A stretch of DNA of 64,000 nt from Octopus vulgaris (GCA_951406725.2 OX597819.1:124496001-124560000), one strand, 5' to 3'; positions 38,712 to 53,110 are shown, counted from the first letter of the stretch. Notes: generated from the sequence alone by a model not told the origin. A program made the numbers and translations.

Positions 38712-39025
38712 GGTGGCGTAATGGCCCAGTTGTTATGGCAGCGGACTCGCGGTTGTAGGATCGCGGTTTCGATTCCCAGACCGGGCGTTGTGAGTGTTTA
38801 TTGAGTGAAAACACCTAAAGCTCCACGAGGCTTCGGAAGGGGGTGTGTGTGGCGATCCCTGCTGTACTCTTTCGCCACAACTTTCTCTCACTCTTTCTTC
38901 TGTTGGCCTGCTCACTTAGCCAGCGGGGTGGCGTCATTTGAAGGCTAAAACAATGCGAAGCGCATTGTGACCAGCGATGTGTAGCAACATCTCATAGCCT
39001 GGTCGGTCACGGTGATCACGGTGAT
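38712..39025 (+). mobile_element. SINE family C, tail type 2
   Basis: Same tRNA-like head, tail ending in CACGGTGAT repeats; partial copy at 49287-49436. Confidence 0.85.
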
Positions 39026-39347
39026 ATATATATATATATATATATACATATATATATACATATAAACGAAATAAAAATACAAATATATATATAAAAAATA
39101 TCAATGGGATAAAAAAGGAATCATAAATATGTATAAAACACGTTACATTGGTTGCTCTTGAGCACTACAGGTAACATGTGAATCAGTACAACCAGTTCGA
39201 TGGTTGGATCATCAGCAACTATACTGGTAACCCCCACCAAGCTTGCTTGGTGAGGAGGATGATTGTTGGACACCCTGCAGGACAAAAAATAAGACCAGTC
39301 AAAGGGCAGTAGAACCAATGAGTAGTCAACAGTCATTCAACAATGTA

Positions 39348-39379
<32 letters not shown>

Positions 39380-40210
39380 TGTGTGTGTGTGTTTGCATGC
39401 ATGCATGCGTGCATGTATATATACTGTATATTTTAAAACTTTTTATATTCATATTTTTATATTCCTTTTTTAGATTATATATATACACAAAATACAAAGT
39501 TATATCTTGAGATCGCTAGTGACAACAACACTCAAAATATATATATTAGACTGGAATTGTAGTGCTCCAAATGAGCTATATTCCACTTGTTAATCCGAGG
39601 GGAGACAATGTGAGCAGCAGCTAAAGGAACATTACAAAATCCACAGAAAGATCAAACACATACATATATTCATATATTCATTTATATCTACAGAACAGAT
39701 ATAAGGTCCGACGTTTAAAGATATAATAATATATAAATGAATAAACATCATGTAAAATATTTATAAATATATAAGAATCAGTGTTGCATCTATAACATAT
39801 TGAATTTACGCTCAAAACCATAAAACAGTTGGTAAAAATTTGTTAAATTAAAAATTTTGGGGTAATAAAACATACAATGACTTATTAAAATTCCAGATAA
39901 AATACAGAAAAGATAAATATACAAAATTACAAAATTACAAAAATGTTCATTCGGAGACGCACCAATTGATATGAAACATTTCATATATTTGAAATTGACA
40001 CTCCCCTCGTCAGAATGTTTTTTACACACAATACATAAAACATGGACACAAATATACAATTACATATCAGTTCAGTCCCACTGTGTGGCACCTTGGGCAA
40101 GTGTCTTCTGCTATAGCTTCGGGCCGACCAAAACCTTGTGAGTGGATTTGGTAGACAGAAACTGAAAGAAGCCCATCGTATATATGTATATATATCATCA
40201 TCATCATCAT

Positions 40211-40252
<42 letters not shown>

Positions 40253-40351
40253 GGAAAGTTTACGAAAATAAACAAAAGACGAAGGCAGGTGGAGTACAAA
40301 CAAACAAATGTATTAGTATAGCGCTCAGGAATAGAAAAAGTCTTTTATATA

Positions 40352-40384
<33 letters not shown>

Positions 40385-41852
40385 GTGTGTGTGTGTGCAT
40401 GTGTTTGTGTGTTTGTGTTTGTCCCCCCCAACATCGCTTGACAACCGATGCTGATGTGTTTACATCCCTGTAACTTAGCGGTTCGGCAAAAGTGACCGAT
40501 AGAATAATAGGCTTACAAAGAATAAGTCCTGGGGTCAATTTGCTCGACGAAAAGGCGGTGCTCCAGCATGGCCACAGTCAAATGACTGAAACAAGTAAAA
40601 GAGTAAAGAGTATGTATGTATATATGTACATATATGCATATTTATATGTTTGTATATATGTCGTCATCAACATCATCATCATCATTTAATGCCTGTTTTC
40701 CATGCTGGCATAGGTTGGATGGTTTGACAGGAGCTGGTATGTCCAGCAGCCACACCAGGCCCCATTGTCTGTTTTGGCAGAGTTCCTACAGCTGGATGCT
40801 CTTCCTAATACCAATCACTTTTCAGAGTGCACTGGGTACTTTTCATGTAGCACCAGCATCAATGCTTTCAACGTGGCACCGGCACCAGTCCTGCTTATGT
40901 GGCACCAGCACCAGTGCTTTCTATATGGCACCAGCACCAGTGCTTTCTATATGGCACCTACACTGCTATCAGTTCTACTATGGGGGACAGGTTTTACTAC
41001 TACAGACTACATTATATATTTGAATATATTGACTTATATAAATATGCATATATGTACATATATACATACATACTCTTTACTCTTTTACTTGTTTCAGTCA
41101 TCTGACTGTGGCCATGCTGGAGCACCGCCTTTTAGTCGAGCAAATCGACCCCAGGACTTATTCTTTGTAAGCCTATTACTTATTCTATCGGTGTCTTTTG
41201 CTGAACTGCTAAGTTACGGGGACGTAAACACATCAGCATCAGTTGTCAAGCGATGTTGGGGGGACAAACACCAAAGCATTGGTATTGTCTTTTTTTGGTT
41301 TGGTTTGGTACTTGTAGTAGATAATAGTATTCTAACACTAACATTTGATTTTGTGGAGGTTCATAAAAATAATAATGTAAATTTCTTTTCATTTTGTCTC
41401 TTCTCTTTGCTTTTATGTATAATCTGTCATGTTAAGTCTCCTTTCTTCTCACAATGGTATTTCAGATAATGGATGTACCCGTCAAATGATGCAAATTCTC
41501 TGAACATTTCTTGTAAACTGCCTACAATTTTGGTTGGTTCATGGTTTACTAACTCACTTTCATATTTGAAACTGAGGTATGTATTTTTGTTTTGAGTTTT
41601 ACATCTTTTACAATCTTCAGCTTCATAACATATCGATATTTGACTCTCAATTATGGTATAACCTGATGACCTGGGAGAAATATGATACAATGTATTGCAT
41701 TTCTTATGAAGTTTGCCTGTTAATGTATGCCTTCTTGTGTATTGAGATTTTTCATGTATATTTGTGTTTGAGAAAGAGAATAAGAGAGAAGAGGGAAGAG
41801 AGTAGGGGTGAAGAGATGTAGGAGTGAAGAGAAGTAGGAGTCGGGGAGGAGG

Positions 41853-42456
41853 TTAGATGAAAAGGGGAGGAGAGTTGAGCCCAAATGGCGTAAAAGAGTG
41901 AAGAGAGAAGATTAATCCCTGTTCACAGCGCAAATGGGAGTCTGGATGGCCTCTGTGCAAGGACAATCCGAACACAGACAGGTGTTGTAAGGAGTGATCG
42001 GTGGAGCGAAAATGGCGTGAGACTGTGGTGTCATTGCTGAGGCGGATGTCTCGGAGGTGTTCCGCGAACCGGTCAGCCAAGCGGCGTCCCGTTTGTCCGA
42101 TGTACAGGGAATGGCAGAGAGAGCAGGAGATGCAATAGATGATATTGCTGGAGGTGCAGGTGAAGGAGTTGGTCATGCGATAGGGTCGATGATGGGTGCC
42201 GGTGAGGAGGGTGGTGTTGGAGAGGTAAGGGCAAGTGCGGCAGCGTGGGCGGGAGCAGGGGAATGAGCCAGGTTGGGAGGTAGGGTTGGGGAAGAAGCTG
42301 TGGACCAAGAGGTCTCGTAGGTTGTGGGCTCGTTTGAAGGAGAGGAGGGGTTAGTTAGGGAAGATGTGTGAAGTGGACAGGTTGGACTGGAGATGCCGGA
42401 AAACTTGGAGAATGGTGCATTGGAGTGGTAGGGTGGTGGGGTGGTAGGTGAGGGGA
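41853..42456 (-). pseudogene. Penelope-like element C-terminus: Cys-rich linker plus GIY-YIG endonuclease (Neptune-like)
   Basis: PCSRPRCRTCP..FTCTSSNIIYCISC..C..LYIGQTGRRLADRFAEH..VSRHF..E..PFGLN. Confidence 0.9.
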
Positions 42457-42617
42457 AAAATATATATAGCGCTGAATAGCGATTGTGAAACCGGTCGATA
42501 CATTAAAAATTATATTATAACCATGTAAGTGTGCGTATTTTTCTTTTTTAATTTCTTATATACATTACAATCCACCATGTGGGGTCAACCCAAATTCCTC
42601 TTTTCTGTTACTACTAC

Positions 42618-42656
<39 letters not shown>

Positions 42657-43972
42657 ATTTTTTTCTGTAGAAAATCTTCATCCTATATTAGTAGTAGACT
42701 TATTACTATTCACTATAGGGACTGGTAACCACTATAAGCTGTAGTGGAGAACAGTTCACACGTGTGCTGAGGCTAACCAAAGGATTTTATACTTAGATAT
42801 ATCTGGTGTACTTATAGGTACTCCTGACTTTTGCTTCGGCTTTTTTTCCATGGGCGCATGTAAGTATTTCATTTATTTCTATTCGTATTTTCTACTGAAG
42901 AGGAAAAAATCTATTATGAGATTAATTCCGAAATTGATTCAATATAGAAATAACGAACTTTTTAAAAAATTCTGTTGGCTAGCTTTCCTTGATTTCAACA
43001 CAGCGTATTTCTGTAGTGGGTGTATAATAATATGTGGAAATTGACGAATTAAAAAGTCTGTTATCAGCATATTGGCATAGAAATAATTTTCTTTTGCCCT
43101 TGTTTATAATTTTAACCTATAAAGGTATTTTAATATGCTGCCACTTTTTTGATGAAATTTTTTTCTGTAGAAAAACTTCATCCTACATTAGTAGTATATA
43201 TATGTATGGATGTATGGCTGTCTGTCTGTCTGTCTGTATGTATGTATGTATGTATGTATGTTATTTCCTTGCAGCTTTGCTTGGAAATTTCAATGTATAT
43301 ATAAGTAAAAGTAGTCTGGTATATCCTTCACATGGATAAACATACATAAATTTTTCTTTTTAAATATGCAGTATTGTAGTCTCTGTGTATTGTTTATGTT
43401 TTCTTGAAAATCTGTTGTATTTTATTCTCTATGAAACTATTTTTATTTTCTATTCAGTTTAATTTCTGTCTGCTTTTCCTCTGTCGGTGCTTATATTTAA
43501 CCCAACCTCCATCAGACCCTACCTTGGGTTACTCAATGTACAACACCTGCCTTGCTGTACTACTGTTTTAATGTTGCATAGATGCTACTTGTATGGAAAT
43601 ATTAATCATAAATGACTCTCTCTGTCTCTCTCTCTCACTCTCTCTCTCTCTTTGCTGTCTGTCTGTGTTTTTTTTTATATTTCTTCGCTTCATTCAGTCA
43701 ATTGTCTGCAGTAATTATATAAAAGAAGTATATATATCTTAGACTGTTTCAAATTCTAAGTATTAACTTATGAACATATGCCATCCTAACTATTTGTAAG
43801 TTCTAGGAAGACTTGGAAATCCAATGTCTTAAATGTTTTATTATTGAATATAATAACAAGACTCCTATCAAAGAGAAGTACTGAACTGGATTTTCTGGAA
43901 ATAGCAGTCATTCACACAATTTTTATGAAACACATTTAATGAAATATATAACAGAATGATTTACTATTGGAG

Positions 43973-43973
<1 letters not shown>

Positions 43974-44054
<81 letters not shown>
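43974..44054. repeat. (CA)n microsatellite
   Basis: Direct reading. Confidence 0.95.
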
Positions 44055-44056
<2 letters not shown>

Positions 44057-44087
44057 TACACTTTGATCACTCACATACACATATATT

Positions 44088-44682
44088 TATGAGGGGGTAC
44101 CCCAGAAACATTCTCTGTGGGAAAGCCTATTGTAGTTCAGGCTTCTGGCACTAGAAGCCACTTGATGTGATCCTCAGGTATCAGTCTGCCAACCACTGGC
44201 ATTGAGGGAAGTTGTACTGCCACATGGTGTATCCTGGAGCTCTTGCGAATGAGTTTTGAGCAAGGAATTGTGAATGGAAAGAGTTGCAGCGAAATTTGTG
44301 CCTTGCTTTTTTCCATCACAGAAGATCGAACGAGGTCATGATTGAATGCATATGGTGAACTGAAAGAACAGTTGGAAGTTGATCGGAACCTTCTCTCGAA
44401 GGTTGTTACTGGTGATGAAAGCTGGTGCTATGGCTACGACCTGGAAATGAAGCAGCAATCAAGTCAATGGAAGCATTTAGTGTCAACCTGCACCCCCTCT
44501 CCCATAAGCATGTCAAGTGAAATCCAATGTCAAGACGAGGCTGATTTGTTTCATCAATGCGAAAGGATCTGTCCACACAGAATTTGTTCCTTTTGTTTAA
44601 ACTGCTAACCAGGCATTTTACTCGGCAGTTCTGAAGCATTTGTGAGATGCAGTGAGACAAAAATGCCCTGACCTGTGGCAAA
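44088..44682 (+). mobile_element. Degenerate mariner transposon fragment
   Basis: LLSKVVTGDESWCYGYDLEMKQQSSQWK (first catalytic D motif); TA-TGAGGGGG TIR-like start; frameshifted. Confidence 0.85.
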
Positions 44683-45619
44683 GTGCTTAGCTCCAAGAGG
44701 CCATCGCCTCTAGCTAGCTATATGGCACACGAACCTGTGTCCATTGTAACCTTCGAACAGGGGAGGTCAGCCACTTTCCCTTACTGGTCAGGCATCTGCA
44801 GTCATGTTTCAGAGTATTGTTCCTGGTGTGATGAAATTCCATGTGAGAAAAAAATGGTTGATTGTATTGGAATTTCAGGAAAAGTTTGTCAGATAACATT
44901 TGTTACCTAAAGTTACCTAAACAGTCAGGTGTCTAATGAAAATCATAATGTAGATTACAGCTTTTGCATTTTATTGATTCTTGCAGCTGGCTTGTCAGCA
45001 TTGTTAGTTTCACTAGACTCCAGTGTTGTGTCCAATCCTGGGTCAATGGATTTTGTACCATTCAAATACGAATCATCATCATCATCGTTTAACATCCGCT
45101 TTCCATGCTAGCATGGGTTGGACGGTTCGACTGGGGTCTGGGAAGCCAGGAGGCTGCACCAGGCCCAGTCTGATCTGGCAGTGTTTCTACAGCTGGACGT
45201 CCTTCCTAACGCCAACCACTCAGTGAGTGTAGTGGGTGCTTTTTACGTGCCAGGTGAGGCTGGCAATGGCCACAATTGGTTGGTACTTTTTACGTGCCAC
45301 TGACACGGAGGCCATTTGGGGCGGTGCTGGCAACGGCCACATTCAGATGGTTCTTTTGAATATGAGAAATCAACGTTTATATCAGTTAAAAAATTTTATC
45401 CTTTCTGTGCTAAAATCAAAAGCCAGTTATCATTTCTGGAAACATGCAAACTTGAAAGAATTATATCAAATATTCCAATGTGTGCCTGACGATTTATTGC
45501 TTCAAAGTTTAAATTGATTGGTGAGAGCAATTCATAATGAAAATTATTATTGAACACTATCATTGAAAATTAGTATTGCTTGGTGCAGGCATTAAAGAGA
45601 TTTTGAGTGTTCACCAACC

Positions 45620-46200
45620 AGAGTCAAATAAATCTCAGAACTTGAGGCAATCCAACGAAGCTACTCGAAGAAGATAGCCTCTGTGCAGCATATAAGTTAT
45701 TGGGAAAGACTCAAGAGATTAAGACTCTATTCTTTAGTTCGTAGGCGAGAAAGATATGCCATAATATACATCTGGAAGATCCTAGAAGGACTTGTCCCAA
45801 ACTTTGGCATCGAGAGTTACACAAATACTAGAACTGGGCGCCACTGCATAGTTCCAAGGACTCCAAATTTGCCACCAAGATGTAGGACAAGATACTGCAA
45901 TAATCTGGGCTTCAGAGGTCCACAGCTCTTCAATATCCTCCTGAAGGACCTGAGAGACCTGCATGGGGTGGATGCAGGTGTCTTTAAAATAAAGCTGGAA
46001 CTCTTCCTGTCAGGTGTCCCAGATGAACCAACTTCACGGCAGGAGGTGCAGATGAGGGCAGCTGCATCGAACTCTCTCATGCACCAAATGGCAGTTGCTA
46101 AAAAGCATTCGTGAAGTAAAATCATGTAGCAACATCGAATGGCGGTGCCCCAGCATGGCCACAGCTTGTGAGCTGAAACTAGATGAAATGAAATGAAAAC
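45620..46200 (+). mobile_element. 3' end of a second CR1/L2-group LINE with (GAAAT)n tail
   Basis: LEAIQR..SYWERLKRLRLYSLVRRRERY.IIYIWKILEGLVPN..FKIKLELFLSGVPDEP..SNSL. Confidence 0.85.
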
Positions 46201-46599
46201 AAGAAAAATGTTCATGAACAGGTATGTTCTTCTAAAAATTGCTTCAGCTACTTGTGTAATTGTTTGATGAACTTTGAAAAAAAGAAAATTTCATCCCTAA
46301 AAACAAAAAGACTAAAAGAAGCTGAGAAAGCTGATTCCCTATCCCTCTGAGCCAGTGGGCAAGGGAACATTTTGGTTGAGAACATTTGCTTTTAAATATG
46401 TCGATCTTACTTTTGGAATGAATGTTATGTGACAAATATATTGATGCCGGGTTGAAAATCATAGTGGAAAATTTTCCTGAAATTCCAATACAACCAAACC
46501 ATTTCTCCTCACATGGGAATTTTTGATATACAGTCCCCACCACACACTGTTCATTCATCACACCAGAAACAATTCTTTTGTTTTGTCGACCAATTTTTT

Positions 46600-46865
46600 T
46601 TATGTTTGACTGTTTGAACTTACCAGTACCACAGGAACTAACAACACAAATAACAATGCTGTACCCACCACAAACAAATATAATTCCTGCAGTTCAACAA
46701 GTGCATATTACTAACCCCCAAGTTGGCACACATGATTGTGGTCTTTTTGCCCTAGTGTACACATGTGAACTGGTCATTGGAAATGCTCCAGAGAGGTTTT
46801 TACTTCATCAATCAAAAATGTGAATACATTTAGGATTTTGCTCGAAAACAATAAATTCGTTCCTT
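46600..46865 (+). pseudogene. Ulp1/C48-like cysteine protease C-terminal relic, probably transposon-borne
   Basis: PQVGTHDCGLFALVY..EL..G..P..LHQSKM*IHL resembles the Q-x-G-x-x-DCGLFA catalytic Cys motif. Confidence 0.55.
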
Positions 46866-46904
46866 TCTTTTCAAATGCCTACAAAAACGACACTCACCCA
46901 GAAA

Positions 46905-47150
46905 TGGATTACTTAGATAACTTAGATATGTTTCGACCAAAGATTGGTCCAGGCCATGTCTAACTTAATAGCACCACCTGATAGGATTATTCGAATCCTG
47001 TTTAAGTCAAGTTTTGTTTAAGTCAAGTTTTGTTTAAGTCAAGTTTTGTTCAAGTAGTGAGTTCTTGTTGGGTGAGTTGTATCCAATTATGGGTGGCTTA
47101 TCTGGTATTCTTTGAAGGAATCTATCCAGACTCCGTTTAAAGTTGCTCTT
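46905..47150 (-). mobile_element. 3' end of a third CR1/L2-group LINE
   Basis: Reverse complement encodes FKRSLDRFLQRIPDKP..GY..NKNSL; 16-bp tandem in the UTR; tail GGTGGTGC..CATGGCC..GAAAC plus short repeats. Confidence 0.65.
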
Positions 47151-48730
47151 AGAAAGATGACTAAAAATTAAGATTACCAACATTAAGATTACTAGAAACA
47201 TCTGAGATCAGTCAGCCTTTGATATACAATATATAACCGGAATTAGTAAAAAAATGTTCCTGTATTCCATTTAGGTGATGTAGTTGCTACTATAAATGCT
47301 GATAGTTTGTTTTGAAATGACAGGGTAGACAGAGTCTGAGTGACTGAACATTGGCTTTCACTTCTCCCTCGAGGTAGGACTGGATTGTCATGTTTCAGCT
47401 GTGATTATGATTGGTATATATTTTATCAATCCCAGAAGGTTTACAAACCTAAATTAATTGTAACAATGCTTGAATGTGAGATCTGGAATTTGTTTTGCTT
47501 CTATAATATTATTAAAATGTTTTTTTTCAACCCAGGAAAGATAAAAAAAAAAAAACTTAAGTGATTCTGATAATGCCTAAATTTGTAGCCCTTAGCTCTG
47601 AATTAGTCGTTCTATTTAAACTTATTCCCCAATGACTGAGAAATTATTATTGGCTCGTTTTACAATGGTTTTGAGTGACAATAATTTTGTCAAAATATGT
47701 TAATATTACTCTTTATTTGAGTACTTATCTTCCTATGTAGTTATTCTATGAATTTCTAACTATGAAAGGAAATAATGTTACAGTTGTAAAGATATTTGAA
47801 CCTTCTTTTTACTAAACGATGTATTTCAATTACTGTATATGTTATCATAAATCAAAACTACAGAGAAAGAGAGAGAGAAAACTATTTAAGCCTTTAACAC
47901 GTTTTTTCAATCTGATAAAATCTACTTTCTCTCCTTTATACTTTATGGTTTATGTTTCTTTTGGATTGTATTGACCTTATGGCACTGTAGCTTGAGTCAA
48001 ATTACCAGTAATAGTTGTAATAATAGTAAGAGTGGTAGTACAGGGGACACTGAATTATACTTTAAATTCCAGTATTGAAAGCATATCTTTTATGTGAAGA
48101 ACAGTGATGTCCCATTTTTTTGTCTTTACCTCCATACCTATTTCCTTACTACCCACAAGGGGCTAAACACAGAGAGGACAAACAAGGACAAATGGATTGA
48201 GTTGATTATATCGACCCCAGTGCGTAACTGGTACTTATTTAATCGACCCCGAAAGGATGAAAGGCAAAGTCGACTTCGGTGGAATTTGAACTCAGAATGA
48301 AATACCTATTTCTTTACTACCCACAAGGGGCTAAAGACATTTTCTAACCAGTCAAATTGAAATTTTCCATCCTCTTACCAACCTTTCTTCTGATTTCACT
48401 CACAGTAAATCTGGCAACATATGAAATATGGAAGCGATATTTTGTATGAAAGAATTTACCTCTACTCTTCAGTGCATGCATTATTGATTTCTTTGATTGG
48501 CACATGTTCATAAATTTATTGAGGACAAGGTAGTTGATTGAATCAATACTAGTGCATGATATATACTTATTTCATCAACCCTGACTGGGTCAAAGGTAAA
48601 GTTGGCTACAAATAGATTTAAACTAATTCTGCATTTGGAGATGGTGTACAGAAGCACAAGAAAGACATTTCTTTTCAGGTTTTCTATTCCTACTATTTCA
48701 TTGACTTCATAGCATTTAAATTATTAATGA

Positions 48731-49053
48731 CTAGCACTACAACCCAGCAACACCAGGTCATGGTGCTAGTGCATGCATATACAGCTGCGTGCATGCACAC
48801 ATACACACGAGTACTGTCCAAATCCCCGACCAGTCACATACAGCTAGCTGGCATTCAATTGGCGAATCAAGTTTCGGGCATTTTGATTGGGTTTTGGATA
48901 GAAAATTCACAAAAAAGTCACTTCTATTGATTTTTTAATGGCTTTGCTGGGTGACTGGGGAAATGTAAAGATATGTACGACCACCCTTGGACGGGTTTGA
49001 ATGACCATAGAAAGTGCGAGCCCTCTAACTGAAAAACTGTGGATTTGTATAAA

Positions 49054-49100
<47 letters not shown>

Positions 49101-49130
49101 TAGACATTTTGCCGTTTATATATAGAGAGA
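48731..49130 (-). mobile_element. Non-autonomous Helitron, second copy
   Basis: Same termini and body as 37658-38037. Confidence 0.8.
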
Positions 49131-49862
49131 TGTATCCATTAATGCATGATTAGCTTAGTAATTTGTGGATGAGATCAGAAGTTAGTAAAGTGCTGGCTGC
49201 ATTTAAAAAAGGAGTTGCAATTAGTACTGACAGTTAATCCCTTACTATTAATCACTCTACTCTGAAGTAGGGTTTAGAACAAGTTTCACCACAACTTTCT
49301 CTCACACTTTCTTCTGTTGGCCTGCTTGCTTAGCCAGCGGGGTAGCGTCATTTGAACGCTAAAGCAATGCGAAGCACATTGTGATCAGCGATGTGTAGCA
49401 ACATCTGAGAGCCTGGTCGGTCACGTGATCACGTGATATATATATATTGAAATATATATTGAAATGAGTTACATGTTTCTAATGGTAACTGTACCAAAGA
49501 AGTAATGGTAACGTGTGCTAAGAATTTTGTTCCCACAAAAGACTTTGTTCAAAGAATACTGTTTTTTTTATCATCATCATCATCATCATCATCGTTTAAC
49601 GTCCATTTTCCATGCTAGCATGGGTTGGACGGTTCGACTGGGGTCTGGGAAGCCAGGAGGCTGCACCAGGCTGCAGTCTGATCTGGCAGTTTTTCTACAG
49701 CTGGATGCCCTTCCTAACGCCAACCACTCCATGAATGTAGTGACTGCTTTTTATGTGCCACCGGCACAGGTGCCTTGTATACTAGTAAGCATTATTATTA
49801 CTAAACTTACTACTATTACTATTATTACTAAAATTACTATTATTATTGCATTATTAGAAACA

Positions 49863-49941
<79 letters not shown>
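49863..49941. repeat. (ATT)n microsatellite
   Basis: Direct reading; similar tract at 55571-55640. Confidence 0.95.
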
Positions 49942-49942
<1 letters not shown>

Positions 49943-50474
49943 CTCTCTGATATTTGTATAATTTACTGATTTATAATGAATAAAGGGGCTAAACAGAAAT
50001 CATTGTCTTGGAACAAATGCCATTTTTCTACTTTAAGAGTTTAAAGCTTACCATTTCACCCTCTGTTATTTTTTTTAAGTAGGTACTATGCCAGTTTCAT
50101 ATACTATTATTAATTTACTTAAATATATTCTTTCCTAACAAACTTAAAATCCTGTGTTGGCCAGAAATTTAGAATCTACCTTTATTATTAATATTAAAAT
50201 AAAGAAAACAATATTATTTTTGTTCTTGTTTCCTTCTGAAAATTTTTATTCAATTTTCATATGATACTAACTGTTTTTCAAGTTAATGTTGAACATGTGT
50301 GCCGAGACTTTTCCCTTTGAGATTTGGAAATCTTTAACTTGAGAGCAAATGGAAAATTTCACAAAACTAAATCTGTTTCTTTTTTTTTTCTGTATTTTTA
50401 CAACTCCTTTTTCAAAGGACACACAATTTGCAAAGTATCACTATATGTTTGCTTTCCTGCTACTAAGTCAACAC

Positions 50475-50509
<35 letters not shown>

Positions 50510-52662
50510 CACGCACACACACACACACACTATTGGCACTTTGTGTGAATAAATAATATGATTTCATATAGTTCATACGTAAGAATATGTTTACATGTAT
50601 GTATATGTATAAGAACTAGTATTCTTTTATTCATTTATTTTGTTTCAGTCATTTGAATGCAGCCATGCTGGAGCACCGCCTTTAGTCGAACAAATTGACT
50701 CCAGGACTTATTCTTTGTAAACCTAGTACTTATTCCATTGGTCTCTTTTGCCAAACCACTAAGTTATGGGGGCATAAACACACCAGCATCAGTTGCCAAG
50801 TGATGTTGGGGAGACAAACACAAACACACAAATACATACATGGGAATGTCTGCAAATGGTTTGGCCACATGTTCCAAATATCGGTAACATACTTGTAATT
50901 CTAGATTACAACATGGATTGAGTCATTCTTGTGTCTTGTGTCCTAAGAACCAAGAAAATCAGAACACTGTAAGTGTGAAAGACCAAAATTTCAGGGTATT
51001 GAAAGATCAAAACTGCAGATTTTGAAATATTTTAGGGCAAAATAATAAGAAAAATGGTTTTAAAAGATATATTTACAGTTTTAAAAGGTTGTGTATCTGA
51101 GAAACATAATATTTATACTCTCTACTCTTTTACTTGTTTCAGTCATTTGACTGCGGCCATGCTGGAGCACCACCTTTAGTCGAGCAACTTGACCCTGGGA
51201 CTTATTCTTTTTGTAAGCCCAGTACTTATTCTATCGGTCTCTTTTTGCCGAACCGCTAAGTGACGGGGACGTAAACACACCAGCAACGGTTGTCAAGCAA
51301 TGCTAGGGGAACAAACACAAACACATACACATACATATATATATATATATACATATATACGACAGGCTTCTTTCAGTTTCCGTCTACCAAATCCACTCAC
51401 AAGGCATTGGTTGGCCCGGGGCTATAGCAGAAGACACTTGCCCAAGATGCCACGCAGTGGGACTGAACCCGGAACTATGTGGTTGGTTAGCAAGCTACTT
51501 ACCACACCACCACTCCTGCGCCTATATATGTTTTTTTATTATTCTTTCTCTGAATAACAAAAGCACGCATGATATAGTGAATATATTTAGAAAAGAAAAT
51601 TGCATTGCAAGAATATAGTATCAGATACAAAGACAAAAGTTTTAATTCTTAAAATTTTTTTCCTTATTGAATATTTTCCTTTTCTTTCGGTATAAACATA
51701 AACCTACTCAACATGCCCTAGATTGATAATTTTTTTTATCAACCTTGAAAAAATAAAAGGCATAATTGGCCCCCCTTAACTTGGACTCAGAGTGCAGAGT
51801 TTCTAGCCAAATTCAGATTGGAACCTGGTGCAGCATGGTTTAATGAATCTGCCAATTTACCGTATATTTATAGACATGTATTTGTCTGTCTGTCAGCCTG
51901 CCTGCTCCAATATTTGTGTAACAAGCTCCACGTAATCATTGCAGATTCATATGTATATGTTGAAAAAAAAAAAATTCTTCTTCCCCCAACACACATTTGA
52001 ATGTGTGAGACAAAAAGAGAGCTAATGTTACATTGTGTACAAACCATCAAACGATGACATTTAAGTAGCAACAGATTGAAGTTGTGTGTTTCACATGATA
52101 ATTTAATAATTGCCGTCAATTAGTTCCACTTATTTTGTCATATATATCATGTTCCACTATCAGTACTGCATATGTAATAAATATTGTTATCCTATCTATG
52201 TCCATTTAATGGGGAGAGGGAGTGAATAAGCTGCTAAAATTTCATCTAATTGTTTCAACATTTACTGCCACATCATAGCAGTCTTATGTTCTTGGGAAAT
52301 TTTCTTTGATGTTTGAATTAATTTTTATCATTATTTACCATGTCATCTCCTAAGAACTTCACTCAAAGTCTTCGTGAGTTGATAGATTACCACCCTGCTG
52401 GCCAAATGGTTGATGGTTCATATCTCATTACTGGAATTGCCAGTAGTTTGCCCTGGGCACAGGCAATGCATTTCACATGTAAATATATAAGTGCCATAGA
52501 TATTAGATTTTGCCGAGTGAGTATCAGGTAGGCACTGTAAAATAGACATGTTGAAGTATTTTATTTGCTCACAGTTTTGAGTTCAAAACCTCCTCTGCTC
52601 TCTGGGAAGTTAATAGAGAAACCGCTTTGCTGTATTTTTTCATGAATCTCTACAGCAAGACA

Positions 52663-53110
52663 AAGGAGGAATTACAACTGTGTTTCGTGGTCTGCTACCA
52701 CAACAGCCCCTTTATAGGATCCAGTTAGCTCAAGACATCATCAGGAGGAACCACGTCCGGTTTCGGCCCCTACTCTTCTACCGTTTTGACGTGGCGGGGC
52801 CCCCCCTTTCAGAGGTGTCTTCAGCTCTGGTGTTGGGTGCATGTCTTCTTTCTTCTGTTCCCTGGCCTCTTTGATGTATCGTCAGCGAGTGTCAGCCGGT
52901 GACTGACTGACTTGTCAAATTTTTTCCTTTAAATACCTGCCACTAGGCTCCAGCAGGCAACCCCAGCAAGTTGTCATGTGACACTGTCTCACCTTAACTG
53001 ACTAGTGAAGGCGCGTAGTTTTAGCCCGCGCTTTTTCTAAACGACCGTCACCTGTCAGTCAGCTTGTCTCACCTAATGGTGTTATTTCCCGTCGGCGTGT
53101 TTATGACTTT
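52663..53110 (-). mobile_element. Second copy of the ~480 bp repeat
   Basis: Matches 21002-21481. Confidence 0.65.

Noticed and set aside
40765-41469. 234-aa ORF as a gene
   Set aside because: Chance read-through of an antisense RTE tail and a SINE A fragment
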